DNA of 64,000 nucleotides from Paraspadella gotoi. Taxonomy: Eukaryota; Animalia; Chaetognatha. A program made the translations under genes and the position numbers. This document shows positions 12,189 to 26,674 of the stretch, piece after piece. Each line of letters opens with the position of its first letter. Within the stretch, counting starts at the first letter, position 1. The stretch lies in NCBI GenBank assembly GCA_051294375.1, contig CM119270.1, positions 8,295,213 through 8,359,212 on the forward strand. The letters run 5' to 3'. A model generated the notes under the pieces. That model was not told the DNA's origin, did no database searches, and worked only from the letters and a program-made list of their open reading frames with translations.

Positions 12189-13231
12189 TCATTCTTTAAA
12201 ACCACAATTACATGCGGTGAAGAGGAAATTGCTACAGTCCACTAAGATTGACTCGTCGGGACTAAAGCCAAGTCCGCTTTGAAGAAGAGTTTTTCTAAAC
12301 ATATCGGTGGCATTTTGGGAGAGGGTATAGTGTCGGGTCGCCGTGAAGTTGTCGATATCTTTCTCGTCCGCCGCACTAGCGCGAATCAAAATTCGTCTTA
12401 CAAACGAACGACGAAGTCCACAAAAGACGAATAAAGGGGAGTCCCGCTGAAGACGGCTTTCAGTTTCTCGACGACAATATTGCTGGCGCGCTTACATCTT
12501 CCCGTTTCTATTCGTCGCCGCAGATGGCACAAAAGATGGCGTTGAAGTCGAAGGAAGGCTTCGCGAAGTTCGGTGGCAGCCAAAAAACGCAAAGACGAAG
12601 AAGTAAAACAAGTCGAAACAGGACTTCAATCTCACTGCCAATATTCGAGAAGGAGCGGCGATGCACAATCCGTCATTTCCAAAATATGTTCGACGGCATC
12701 GTCGCTAGTCCGAGGATCCCTAATCGCAATGAAAGCAGTCCCGAAGGCTCCGCCGGATCCTTACGTCCGTCAAAAGGTTTGCAAGAACCTTCGATGTTGG
12801 AAACGTCCATTCATTCGGCTCCTAGAGACCGACGCTGGCAGACCTTTTCCTGGCGGAATCCGCAAACTCCGCCGAGGCGTAGAGAGTTTTCAACGAAGCA
12901 CTTGGTATTTTTTACATAAAACTAGTGGATGCCATGATTCGAAATTCATCGCGGAAGTTAGGATGCTCTCATTGCATTTAAATTGTATGGGAATGAACCA
13001 TCTGCGGCCAAAGGATCGCCGAGCTCCGTAAGATTTCATCAAATGTCCTGTCATCGTATCGAGGTCGACTACGAGCTGCTCAGACGCAAGATTCGGCGAC
13101 ATTTCGACGACAATTTTTTCGCCGACGCCATCGACGAGGTTGGATAGTGAAGGATAGTGAAGCTTACTTCCATCGAGATTTCTCTCTGGATCGCAGCCAG
13201 ATCCATTACAAATTTGACGCCGGAGATTCAT
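12189..13231 (-). pseudogene. Intronless degenerate coding-like island of unknown family
   Basis: A ~1 kb block clearly richer in GC than its AT-rich flanks. ORFs 13231-12890 and 12592-12398 share one frame, separated by several stops, followed by a frameshifted ORF at 12389-12189. Confidence 0.35.
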
Positions 13232-13364
13232 AAAAAAAATTTAAAAATTTCATATTTTTACTTTAAATAAAAATTCGAGTTGCCATTGCTGAAAACGAAA
13301 ATTAAACCTTCGTTATTCTAAACTCAAACAAATATATAGAATCGTAATATTAATAATATTATAT

Positions 13365-13558
13365 TATGAAATTGGTACAACCAATATAAAAATTATCCAT
13401 TCATTTAATAAATAAGCTATCTTGCCCCTGACTTTGGACATGCTTTGGTGGTTTAAGGCCTCCATCACTCTTACAAGATAATGACATAGCAGGTCCCTGC
13501 AAGCTTTCAATCAAGACTCTCTCACAGTCTCGTTTATTCACTCCCAGAGTACCTGGCT
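13365..13558. mobile_element. ~195-bp SINE-like dispersed repeat, copy 1
   Basis: TATGAAATTGGTACAACCAATAT...CAGAGTACCTGGCT recurs at 34521, 51137 (rc), 57651 (rc) and 62482 with a shared end. Confidence 0.75.
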
Positions 13559-14439
13559 ATTATATTATATTATATTATAATGAGTAAAATTCGAGATCAA
13601 ATTTTTAAAAAAATTCGTCGCGACTTATCCCGCATGATAAACTAATATCGAAGGTTCATATTACTTGGAAATTCACCTCTGTAATACGAAATTCTCCAAG
13701 TTCATATGTCTTGCCTTGTCTGCAATATCTATATCAGACAATAATATTCATAATAATCACTATAAAACACGGACTGTTCCAATTAATCACAGAATAAATA
13801 TGGAAGAAATACGGAAGATGAAAACAAATCCCGAATGATCGCGATAGAGAAACGAGACGAAAGTCAATATCTCTCTTATCTTTTGGTCGTCTGGACTTTA
13901 CATTATATTAAACAAAACCTATTGAAATGTTAAAGAATATGAGTATGTAAATATTAAATTACAAACAAATATTAAGCTGAATTATGAGGTATTAAGAAAA
14001 CTTGTAAAGTTTAGATGATATATTTACCAAAAGAAAAATCGATTAAGTTCATTTCGATAAAACAGATTTCAAAAACGCCTTTAATTACAATTTATATTAT
14101 AATTATATTTAAATTATAAAAGTTTTTTTAATAGAAAAAATTTTTTATCTGAAATAGAAAATTAGTTTTTGTTAACAACAGTTGAAAAAATCCACTGAAA
14201 AAATCATACAAAAGAACAGTTTGTAGATCGCGAAGACTCCTATTTAGAAAATTAGCATATTTTGTGTACTAACCTTTACGCTTAATTTCAGTCAATTTTG
14301 CCTATCTATAAAAACTTTTTATTGCTTTGTGAATAATCATGCCAGGTTTTTTGATTTAACTCGATGTACTTCCATAGTTAGATTTTGGGTCTAGTCTAAC
14401 CCTTTCTTTTCTTATTCATTTCCAGCGCACTCCGCAGGG

Positions 14440-14720
14440 CGCCGCGTCCCAGCCGCGATTCACATCTGAGTCCCGTCATCGTCGTCCGACGCGGCAGACG
14501 CGGCAGCTGCGCCTCCGTTCACTGGTTTTCATTGGCGGAAGCTCCCGAGATTTGCGAATTATGGCCATTAGGCGTTCGTTCGAGTAGCCATTGGTATATA
14601 AAGGAAGAAACAATTGACCAATAGTAACGCCCAATATGATTATGGACGTTGGCTTTGAACCAATAAGATGCGAGAAGGTGGAGCTCATTTTACCCTCAAC
14701 CAACCAGGTGATTCTCTCCG
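14440..14720 (+). promoter_or_regulatory. Probable SoxC promoter
   Basis: GC-rich patch with clustered CCAAT/ATTGG boxes (~14531, 14590, 14618, 14631, 14660) and TATATAAA at ~14595, about 1 kb upstream of the SoxC ATG. Confidence 0.55.
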
Positions 14721-15588
14721 AATCGTCTGTGTGCGTCGTCCAAGGGAGAGAAAGAAAGATACAAGATAGAAAAAAAAAAAGCAAGATAGAGAGACGAATT
14801 TTAGTTGGCAGAGAGAGAGAGAGCGAGAGAGAGCGAGGATCTCTCTGTGTGTGTTGGACGAAGAAAAAAAATAACGAGAGAAAAAAAAATTATATTGGTA
14901 CGGATAAAATTTTCAAAATGTAATTTTTTTTTCCTTTTGGCGTGATTATGACGACGTATAAAAATCTGATTACGAAGCCAAGTCTTAAAAATAAAAAAAA
15001 TTAAAAGAAGGAAAAAAAAACTAATTCTCGATTATACTTTTTCAAGTCGAAGAGAAAAAAAAACAAAAAACTCGTTTTAGTAAAAAAGTTATCTCGCAAA
15101 AGGAAAAAAAATCATTTTCTTCAATGACGTAATGATGCAGAAACACGAGAAAAGATAAAACGTGATTAAAAAAAAAGTTGGCAAAATCGAAAACTAAATA
15201 AAAAATAATTATTATTGACGTTTGTTAATAAAAGTGTATTTGATGATGCAAACGAATAAAAAAAGATTATCATCGTCATTGTTATTTTTAAACAACACCT
15301 TTTGTTAAAAACGAACAAATCTACGATTTAACTGAGAGTTTCGCAAGGACACTGTTTCCCCCACCACTCCGGTGGGCATCTCAGGACGGACGATCTTTCA
15401 TGACTTATTTCGATCTTGGACGACATTCCTCTCCCATCCCAAGACGGCCTTTCAATTTAAACGGTGGTGCATCCTCATAGCCTTCTTGCTTGACCACTAC
15501 GACGGTTGACGCTCTCGATGGCGTCGCAACCTCACCATCACAACTAAAACAACAACAACAACAACCAAAGCAACCTCTCTAGTCGATC

Positions 15589-16736
15589 ATGAAGATCATC
15601 GTGGTTCCCAATTCCTCTCCCTCCTTTCCTTCCTCCTCCCTCTTCCTCTCCTCTCCCAGTTCCCCTTCTTCCTCTTCCTCCTCCTCCCTCGCCTCCTCTA
15701 ATTCCTCCGTCCTCCCTTCCAACCGCTCGTCCACGACAGACTTCGGCTCCTTCAACGTCGACCCCACTTCCGCCACGCCCTACACGGACGCCACCCAGTG
15801 CAAGAAGCCGGCCAACCACGTCAAGCGGCCCATGAACGCCTTCATGGTGTGGTCGCAGATCGAACGACGCAAGATTGCCGAGACGACGCCGGACATGCAC
15901 AACGCCGAGATATCGAAGCGATTGGGCGCTCGATGGAAGACGCTGTCGGACGAGGAGAGGCAGCCTTTTGTCGAGGAGGCCGAGAGGCTCAGGCTGCTGC
16001 ACTCCAAGGAATATCCCGATTACAAATACCGACCGAGGAAACGGCCCAAAGGGAGCGGTTCTGCTTCGGGCGTCGGCGCCACGGACTCGATTGGCCGAGA
16101 GAAAATCTCGCCTATTCACAAAACCACCTACGTCGGAAAACACAGACATGGCAAAAACAAAACAGCCAGGTGAGCGAAAAAAAGGAGAGAGCAGAGCTCG
16201 GTTGGTTGTGTTAGTTTTTTTTTTTGTTTTTTTTTTTTGGTTAGTTTGCTTTTTTTTTGAGACTTTTCAGTCTGTCGGTCTCTCCAATTTATGTTAAAAA
16301 TGCTCATAACTTGAACACATGACCCAAAAACTAATGTGGCTTACATGGTGACACACTGAATCCCGCCACTAAAAAAAATTGTTATTTGTATACTTATAAA
16401 GATTTTTTAATTTAAAAGTTTTTTGTATTAAAAACTAAAATCATTTTTATATCCTAATTTCATATTGATTGGTTATGATTTGATTTGGCAATGGGCCAAA
16501 AGTTGTCTTGAAAATTGTATTTCATTTTAAAACTTAAATCTTTTTGTTAATTTTTTTAAAAACTTTTTAAACATTTTTTAAAAAATTTTTATAGAAAAAT
16601 ATATAAATATTAATAACTTTTAAAATCTTTTAAAAATAAAAAAATGATATATTTATAAATATTATAATATAAATATAAGCCTAACTTTTATTTAATCAAA
16701 ATAATAAAATCTTAAAATATATGAATTATTATTATA

Positions 16737-16790
<54 letters not shown>

Positions 16791-18417
16791 ATAAAGAAAG
16801 AGCGAGAGAGAAACCAATTGTAAAGTTTCCAACAAAGAATTGAGAAAGGACAGTGTTTAGTATTCAGGACAGATTTTAGATAAGGCCAAATTGATGGAGC
16901 AGAATTATTAGTCAAGACATTTATAATAAAATACAAATAATGTAACATAATGATATATAATAAAATCGTTGTTTGTAACAAATAATTTTTTTCTAGAGGC
17001 GGGTTTCGGTGCGTCACCTTGTAAATTTGGTTAATAAATCACTAAATAAATAATAATGTAAAAAATTTGGTACAACCAAAATTTTTTATGTTTATTTGTT
17101 ATAAGAGATTTTAAATTAGTAATTAATAAACTGACTGATAACTTACCTTTTTCTTCACCCAGCCTCAATCTGGTTTCGGCTCTCAAAAACTGCCCACTGC
17201 CGATGTTGTCGTCGTCTTCGACGACTTCTTCCCGTCACTCCCCCGCTAAAACAACGACGACGGCGAAGACGACGACGATGACGACGACGAAAACCCATCC
17301 CGTTTCTCCGTCGACGAATCCTAGTCAAAAATTTTCGTTCCCGTCATCGACGCTGGCCGTCGTCAAGCAGGAGATCGAGGAAGCCGACTTCTGGCCAGAA
17401 CCAATGGACTACGAACAGCTAATCGACAACAAGGATGGCTTCTTGGAAGCCATGAAAATCGAGGAGAACAACGACAACAGCCCCAACCCCGTTTTCGACG
17501 CCCTACGATTCAACCCGATCAACAACAATAATAATAATAATTTTCTGACTAATTTTAACGTGAAAAACAAGGGGAGCCTCATTGGGAATAACGGCAACAA
17601 CGTCAAATTGAGTCTCAGGGTTGACGGAAGGTTGACGGACTCGCTCAAGCTGAAACGATTTCGCCACCAGTCCTCCTGCTCCTCCTCCTCTTGCTCCTCC
17701 TCTTGCTCCTCTACCTCCTGCTCTTCCCGCTCCTCCTCCTTCTCAGGTACCCCTCATTCCCTGGCTTCCTTCGTCGTGCCGGCGTCGGGCGGCGTTCTTT
17801 CCGCGGTGCCGACTATCGGCGCCGAGGAGACGCTGACGGCTTTGATGACGCCGCCTGAGACGCCCGTATCGGCGCCGTCGACGCTCTTCTCCGTTGATTC
17901 GCTCGGCGCCGTCTCCGCAGCGCCTCAGCAACTCCGATTCGTGGCGCTGGGACCGACTAAGATGCTGCGCCTTCAAGGCGGCGCCGTAAACGTTTCCGGC
18001 GTCGGTGGATTCCGCGCCCTCGACTCGCTGGTCGTCGACGACGGCGCCGCCCCGATTATCGTCACTTCGGCATCGGATCCGCAACCGCGAGAGGAAGTTT
18101 TGTCTCCCGGCGTCGACGCCGGCGTTGACGTCAAAAGCGGCGTCGAAAGTCCGTGGAAAGTGGAAGAGAGCGTCTACGTCGTCCTAAAAGACGACGACGA
18201 TGACGCGGTCCCGATCGTCGACGAACCACTTCCGGTCGTTGACGTCAAATTGGAGTCGGAAACGTCGGTTGCGGCATCCACAGCATGGACGGCATCCGCG
18301 GCTTCGACGGCGCCGCATTTCGACTTTCCCGATTACGAAACGCCGGAGGTCTCGGAACTCATGGGCACGGACTGCTGGCTGGGCGCCGGCCTATTGGGGC
18401 CTTTGACTTCAGTCTGA
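15589..18417 (+). CDS. SoxC: SoxC (Sox4/11/12; Sox14-like) HMG-box transcription factor, 2 exons
   Basis: Exons 15589-16169 and 17163-18417, joined by a phase-2 GT-AG intron. HMG box [34 protein letters not shown]...[11 protein letters not shown]-terminal SoxC transactivation motif [22 protein letters not shown]. Confidence 0.96.
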
Positions 18418-18730
18418 GGTTGAGCGCGACGACGAAAGCGACGAAAATAATGACGATGACGAATATAACGTTTGAGTCTTATGAAGAGGACGACGGCGTT
18501 AGTTGCCGCTCTTGATGTCGGCTGGTAGGACAAAATTTACTTGTGAGCTGCAACCAACAGCGACGAAAATAATGAATTGGTTAGTGTGTCAAGATTCTTG
18601 TTAACAAAGAGAAGCTAACATAAATGAAAACTTCAAATTAGTCATTCGGAAAATTTAAGAGAAAAAAAAGTTTCCCGTCCCTGATACTGTCGTGAATGTT
18701 TACTATTTTTTTTTTTATATCCCTCTGTAT

Positions 18731-18814
18731 ACTATCTTTTTTGGCGTATTCCTTAGAAAACAGTATGGAAAAACTATCTTTTTTGGCGTATTCCTTAGAA
18801 AACAGTATGGAAAA
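18731..18814. repeat. 42-bp perfect tandem duplication in the SoxC 3' region
   Basis: ACTATCTTTTTTGGCGTATTCCTTAGAAAACAGTATGGAAAA x2. Confidence 0.9.
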
Positions 18815-20692
18815 ACTCGCTTGAAAACTATTATGATATGGTGCTTACAATATTCCCGTTGGTGGACTTTCTTTAAAAGTAGTAGTAGAAATATAAGAAA
18901 CAATTCACTATTATCTCTCTGACAGACTTAACTCAAATTCAGGGCCGAAAAAAAAAAATAGATAGTGAAGAGAAAGACTATTTGTTTTTTTTTCTTGATC
19001 TATTTTTAAAACTTTCTTAACGAAGTCAGTTGTACGATTGGATGTTTTGTGATTTAGTGTAGTTTCAAAGTTTTGTTTTTTTTTCATTCACTCAACGGTT
19101 TTGAAAACTGTTGAATGATAACATTTCCAGATCTGAACAAATCCGTGGTCCTCAAATCCATTAAACGCTAATTACGTGAATCCACTTTTTTTTTTCTTTA
19201 TCGCGTAGTAGAAACCGTTCCCTGTGCTGATGATATTCAATTTTAACAAACACAAATTCGTTGATTAAATAATCTCGTTCAATGTGGTTTTTTTTTCTCC
19301 GAACAATATGTTTATTATTATTATTAACCAAGCGTGTTTCGGGTATAAATTGTCTTCTGTTCGTTTCGAATCACTTTTTTTCGTCTTTTCTTACGCACCA
19401 GACGAGAAATTTTAGTCTCAACGTGAAATTTGACAGTTCTCTCTTTCTCTCTTCTACTTTCTCTTTTTTCTTTTTCTATCATTTTCCTTCTCTCTCTCTC
19501 AAACTTTAGTCTATATATCACTGTGAAATCCACGAGGTGCGTATGAGTGATGGTAGTTTTCACTTTAAAAAATATACGTGTCCTTACTACCAAATATGGC
19601 ATGCCTGTATTTTTTTTTTAAATTTTATTATTTTTGGTCAGCGGAATTAAGAATATTGATTAAATTTCACGAACAATTCGAACAATGTAATCACAAAAAA
19701 GGAAGAGACAAACCGAATTCTTTTTTTTTTTTCTAGTTTACAAAAGGACAAGAAAGGACACGCAAAAATCACCATTTTTTGTTCGTTTGAATTAATTGGA
19801 AAATTTATTAATTTACTTATACATTTTGAATGACTCTTTGATTTAGTATGATTGGTTTTCACGAGTGAGAAGATACCGAAAACTGCTCCTAAATTCCATT
19901 CTTTATTCTCTGTATCTCGGAATATATTGAAATAAACAAAAACCAAACAAAACAAAAATTTGCAACTCGATTTAAAAAAAAAGCATACACTGTTTTGTTA
20001 CATATCTATATATCTTCTTTACTTGCAACTGATTTAGTGTTACTGCGACAGATTCCTTAAAAAAAACGAAAATGCTAAATACATGAAATTTAAAAACAAA
20101 TTTGTTACTTTTCTTGACACATTCTAATTTTTTTTCACAGTTAAAAAAACAATTGGCATAGAAAGGTGGTTTGACGAGTTACCTATCTATCGATTCGAGA
20201 CAAAAAAAGAAAAACGACATAATTTTCGATTTTTCTCCGCTTATTTATTCACTTGCCCGCCCACCCTCACGAAAATCCCCTTGGGTTTCCTTTGACAAAA
20301 AAGTTGCCTAAATAAATTAAAAATTCTCTACGTCATGCCTCTGAATCGAAGTGGTTAAAAAAAAAAAGTGAAGTCTTTTTGACTAAATTAAAAGAGATGC
20401 AATTCCATGTATATTTGTTTTTAAACTAAATATGTACAATTGTACAAATAACTACTAAATAGATTAAAGTTATTTGTTATGATTCACGCATACATGGAAT
20501 GTCAGTATCACTCCGACTGTGATCGAATCTATGAATATATAATGGAAAAATAGTTATGGAATTTTAAATTTGAAAAATCTCGATTAGACTATTAATAAGT
20601 CGCGTAACACCTTCATTGAAGGCCAAGAAGCAGTTTATGCCAGATATAAAGCTGTCTTCTTGTTTTTTCAGATTCACCGCCCATCCGATTGT

Positions 20693-20736
<44 letters not shown>

Positions 20737-23373
20737 CCGCGGATAAAAAAACGAGGATCGCGAAAAATAATGAACCATGAAGTCTCCTGCGGTTTATCCA
20801 TTCCAATCCAGAGATAAACAAAATCTTTCTCTCTTTCTTCCGTTCTTTTTTTTTTATCTTTTTTTTTCATCGGCTACTTCATTGTCTTTGTTCAGAGTAA
20901 ATTAAAATCGAATTACCATCTAGGAAAAAAGTATATCACAATTTTAGTAAAGGATATTTATTCGATATTTATTTAAAAAAATTAAAATATTTCTGAATTT
21001 ATATTAAAATTTTTTCAGTAGCTTTCTTCTATTTTTTTGTAGGTTAAATCATTTAGAAGTTATAGGCCAAAAAATATCGCTACTTCAAATGAAAAATAAT
21101 CAAAAAAATTATATTTAGTTTTTCACTATTTTTGGTATTTAGTTATTTGTTTTTATTTAAAATACAGTTTTTTTAAATGTTTTTTTAATTTGGTAATGTT
21201 AATGGCATTGTGCTTTTTTTGGTTCAAAAAAGTATTATTATAGTTCTCTGCAAAAAAAAATGCAAAACATTAATATTGGGGTTAAAAAAAATTATGAATG
21301 CAGGCAATAATAAATGGGTATACTAAATATTAAAAATGTTTTACCCATATTTTGTATATTTTTATTGAATAAATAAATTTTTCAACAATTATGTGATATA
21401 CTTTTTTCCTAGATAGTATATTCGATCGAACCGATCAGGGTTTAAGAACGAGCAGAAAGATACGCGTTTGTTTTTCTTTAGCATCGATTTCAGACACGGC
21501 TTCATTCTGATCCAATCGATCAAAAGATTTAAACCTTTTTTTTTTCAAAATTCAACAGCTGCAGCAACGTTTTATGTTTTATGTTTTGCGGTTTGTGATT
21601 TCGTGTTTTGGTGAGGAAATGCGGAAACGCTTGTAAAAGCAAGCAAAAGAACTTAAGAGAAACTTATTCTTGTTTCTTGGAAAGGAGAGATGAATTAGAG
21701 AATACTGGCGTCAAAAGATCGTAACGAGGAAAGGTGAAAAATGTTTGAAGAAAAACAAAAAAAAAGGATTTGTTTCCCACAGAACAGAGACAGTTGGTAT
21801 TAAAGGCTGCTGTTTACGTTATTGGTCTTCCTCTACAATTTATCAGCAACAAGCCACATCGCCCGAGGAGCTAATCCCTCTTTCACGTAAAATCTTATCT
21901 AAAGTTTCACTGAGAATTTCCGGGCAAATTTAAAAGCCATGAATGGTTGCGACGGTTTTAAAGAAAACAAAAAAAAGGGACAATGACAAATCGAGAATGG
22001 GTTTAGTGAATCAGAGAAAGGCAGGGAGAGAGAGAGAGAGAGAGAGAGAGAGTGAGGAAAGAAAAAATAAAACCTTTTCCTTTCAAAGGCTTTGACTTCA
22101 AATTCTTTGTTATAGAAAAAGCTTAGTATTATGAATAGAATAAAAAGCGAGGAGCTGCATTAAATAACTCTCCTCGTCTAGACTTAGCAAACGAGGGGAG
22201 GCTCTTTCCCCCATTTTATTTATTTTATTTTCCTTTTTTTAGTTCTATGACGTCACCAAATGTGTTTTCTACTTTATTCATTTAAAGAATCGGTCCCTGA
22301 GAAAACTGAGGAGGGAAAAAGTAGAAGAGTAGAACCCAGGTTGCAAAATCTGAAAAAGGGAAACACTTATCTGAAAAAGAAAGAAGGATTTTTCCCCAAC
22401 TTTTATATTTAACTAGAATTAAAGCGAAGCGCGCAATTTACTAGAACTTATTTCTCTGTTCCCACTGCGAGTTCCGTACTAAATGACATCATGAATCCAC
22501 AATAATTTGAATAAAAAAATTTCAAAAATAGCCTTTGTATTAATTATTTGAAGATAAAAAAAAATAAGCAAAAGGGGGCAGATATAGTACCAATTTATTA
22601 TGCTCTAAGCTTCTTTTTTTTTATTTTCTGCCTGAACTCTTTCCCAGTTACCAATTTTGGCGGCAGCCGGGCGTAGTTGAGCTGGCGGCGGTGGCGGCGT
22701 CAGGAACGGCGGTGGTTGCGAATGTGGAGGTGGTTGGTGGTGGTGGTGGTTGCATCGGTGGGGCCCGCGTTTTGCCGAGAGATTTAGAGAATTATTTGCG
22801 ATGGCAGGATTGACGGAGGTGGGTGGCGAAAGCGTCAGGTGCCCGCGTGGGCGTTGGCTCAGATCCATTACATTCCTTTTTTTTTCTCTTAGGAATTAAT
22901 GAAAACCCGATTGTAAGAGTGGAACTGAGTCGTGGCTTTGGTCGAGATACCCAAAGGAAAAATAAGCAAGAGAATGGCAATTATTTTCTACTATCTATTA
23001 GTAGTAGTAGAATAACAGTTGATACAAAAAAAAGAAAAATATTAAATATTAAATATTATTAAAGCAAAAATCAATGACGAAAAGAAAGAAACGAAACTCA
23101 GGTCTCCTTTTTTTTTCGTACAATTTTTCATCTCTATGTATATCACCAGCGGGATGAAAATATATCTGTCGCCGTTGGTGCATTTCCATTTTGCGCGATT
23201 TAAGATTTACGCAATTATGAACAAACTCAATCTACGCCATCCTGCCAAATGACTTTGAGCCGGAATGAAAGATCACTTCATCAAATACATCACCACTTAA
23301 TTAAAACTTCCACAAAGTTTCCTATTCGTTTCGTGAATAGAAAATGTAAAAATGCAAACTCGTTCTTCTTTCA

Positions 23374-23427
<54 letters not shown>

Positions 23428-23569
23428 ATCTCTCTCTCTCTCTCTAATCAATCACTTCATGTGAAAATGTATCTATACTATCTAATCATAAATCCGGTCC
23501 CGCAGTTATTTTCCCCTATTTTTTAAATCTTCATTAAACTCCGTTCTTTCACTTATATTCTTCGATTTG

Positions 23570-23796
23570 TAGCCGGATCTGCTTCCAGCATATTCCGGCT
23601 CTATAATTCACTTAGTCGGTCCGTCGGTCCGCCCCACCAATCTTGTGATCGAGATAGTTGTTTTGTGATTGAGAGGCGAGACAAAGTGGAAAATTTTTGA
23701 CACAGAATAAATTAATTAATTATAAATTATTAAATATCTGATCAGCTGCTTACCTCTAATGATCGTGGCAGATCCGGCATTGTTTGCTCAAACTTC
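23570..23796 (-). mobile_element. HINE-like element, internally deleted copy
   Basis: Reverse complement of both termini of the 40227-40675 element, lacking the core and microsatellite. Confidence 0.75.
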
Positions 23797-24987
23797 TTCC
23801 CTTTTTTTTATTTTTCTAAAATAAAAAAAAATTTAATTCGTTGGAAAACGAAGATCGAGCGATGAACTTTCCTTTTTTTCCCAAAGAACCAATCAAAACA
23901 AATTCAGAGAGAAGGTTGCCCTTCGTTGCCCCTCAGTATTCCCGGCAAGTAAACACACGCCCTGGACTTTTTTGTTTTCGAAGAAAAGCGGATAAATCGT
24001 CTGGGTTATCGGGTTATCGGGCTGTTCGCGTTTCACTAGCGGTTCGCTTTCTGAGTAAAAAACTCTCCATGTACTATTTTTTTTTTAATTTTTAGTTATT
24101 ATATTATATTTGTTAATAACATTTTTTCAGGTTTTAAATATAAAAAATAATAATGAAATAGATCGTTTAAAGGCTTTATAAATTATAATCCTAATATTCT
24201 GTTACTTAAAATATTTTATAAAAAGATTTTTAAAAATTAAATTTTTAACCTATTTCTTTAGATTTCTAGAATAAGTTAATTATTTAATTTAAAAATATTT
24301 AATTATAAATTGTATAAAAAATATGTTTATTTGATTTAAAAAACTTTTTAACCAATTAATAGATCAGAGTGTAGCCACTGTTTTTGTTTTTTTTTGTTAC
24401 AAAGTGATTCATGTTCAACTTGGTGATTTGAAAAGGCGACATCAAATCGTTTTGTTGCCTCTGCCTATCGTTCTTCTCTACAGAAATGCTTCTGACGAAG
24501 ACGAAAATAGTGTATATAATAGTAATATAAACGTGCTCAATTTTTTTTGATACCTGTTCATGGCAAAATAAAAAATAGCAAATAGAGCGAGGGAAAGAAT
24601 CAATCACCTCCATTCCATTGATTCTTTTCCTTTTTTTCATTTCTTCTTTTTTCTTTTCTTTTCTTTTCTTTTCATTTCTTTTCTTTTATTTTCATTCTTT
24701 TCTTTTCTTTTTTCCTTTCTTTTCTTTTCTTTTCATTCTTTTCCTTTCTTTTCTTTTAATTCTTTTTATTTCTTTTCTTTTTTTTTTCATCACACAATTT
24801 ACGTAAAAAAATAGACCCCAAAAAATTGACAGATTGCAAGGTTACCATATAACAATAAATATTCAGGAAGGAGCTTGTTGCGTTGAAGAGAAGTGGAAAT
24901 TTGACTGGTGGAATTGTGAAGAATCGCCAGCGGCACTTCATTCAGTTTACATTCTTGCAAGTAAACATCTTAAAGATCAGAACGATA

Positions 24988-25050
<63 letters not shown>

Positions 25051-26237
25051 GAGTCTCAGTCCCTTACCCTTATTCTCGTGACCCCAGTTGACGGTTTTGT
25101 GATGTTTACTCGGTGAGGATATTAAGACATTTTCGATCGGGGACGAGTTCAGACTTGTGCGTCAAAGGGGTGTTAAGAGAAAGTAATAAAGAAAAGTGTG
25201 TCAAGAGAATAGAAGAGGAAGATATTTTATAAATAGAATGCGGTTGACGTATATGTTTCACTTTCAGCCTAAAATGAGTCGTTAAAAACGATGCCATAAA
25301 GCGCACAATTTTATTTCAAAGCTGATATTTACGTTTCTGGTTCCTATGGAAGTGTTAGCGCTTTACTGTAGGACAGGGATGATGGGAAAGTAACAAAAAA
25401 GTGCCATTTTTAAAGGTTTCAGAGACGGCACTTTTTTTGTTTTTTTCATATTCTCTCTGCCCTACCGTAACTTGTTAAGTTACTTCGGCCTTCAGTTCAT
25501 ACGACAAATCCATCGTATTTGTACAAAGGCAAGAGGTAAGTTTCCAATTCTGGTCGGTCCCTCATCTGATCGCTCTCAATCAAAATTCGGTCGAGTTGAT
25601 GCCCCTGCCTTTCGATCTTTTTGATCTCTGCCGCGCTTTACCGTTCCAAAGTTCGAACGCCGAACCCGCGTTTCACCAACATTCACTATTTCACAGCTGT
25701 GAATAGTAAAGGAGCTGAGGGCGAATGTGACTTAAAATGAGATAAAGGAGATAAATCGATTTTTGCCTCTCACTTTGGAATAAAATCTAACAAAGTAAAA
25801 GTGAAGCTAAAAAAAGGCTACAAAATTAAGGGTTTATTTTGCTTGGTTTTTTGGTTGTTGTTGTTGTTGTTTTAAAGTAAATATTTTTTTGTTTTATTGA
25901 ACATTAATAACATCAAGAATGGACGAGGGTGAATATCGTTCTTAATTCCATTCATTGCGCTGTATGACGTCACTGCTATAAATTCAATGTTACATTATTA
26001 GCCCTGTACCAATACGAGCTCAATTGGATATTTTTGTTTTTCGTGCTTATTTCGAGCTGATGATTTTTTTAAAACGATTTTTTTTAGACTTTTACGTTTT
26101 TCGCTTTCGGTTTCCAATCGATGTTTCTACCACAAAAACCTGACGACGAATAAACTTCGAAAGTTTAAAGCAAAATAAAAAGTCCAAAACTTTTTTAAGC
26201 GAGAGAAAATCAAGAGGAAAAACTCTCTCTCTCTTCA

Positions 26238-26334
<97 letters not shown>

Positions 26335-26582
26335 CTCTTCTCTCTGTGAATGTCAATCGTGTGGTGTGCTCTGTATTTTTTTGCACCAACCAGACCAATG
26401 ACTTATTATGTTAACTAGAATATTTGACAAAAATTGATCAAAAAGACTAGGAAAAATAAAGAAGAAAAAAGTACAAGAAAAAAATAAAGAAAGAAAAAAA
26501 AAGAAAGAACGAAAAAAAGAATGAACAAAAAAAAAAGTAAATGTTAATGTTAATTAGAAAAAAAGAAAGAAAGAAAAAATTT

Positions 26583-26674
<92 letters not shown>

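Noticed and set aside
15400-15582. TAG-to-Gln genetic code reassignment
   Set aside because: None of the conserved exons reconstructed in the four genes needs an in-frame TAG; the only evidence is the non-conserved SoxC leader.
26139-26170. Second hammerhead-like motif CTGACGA...GAAA
   Set aside because: No stem I pairing and weak stems II and III.
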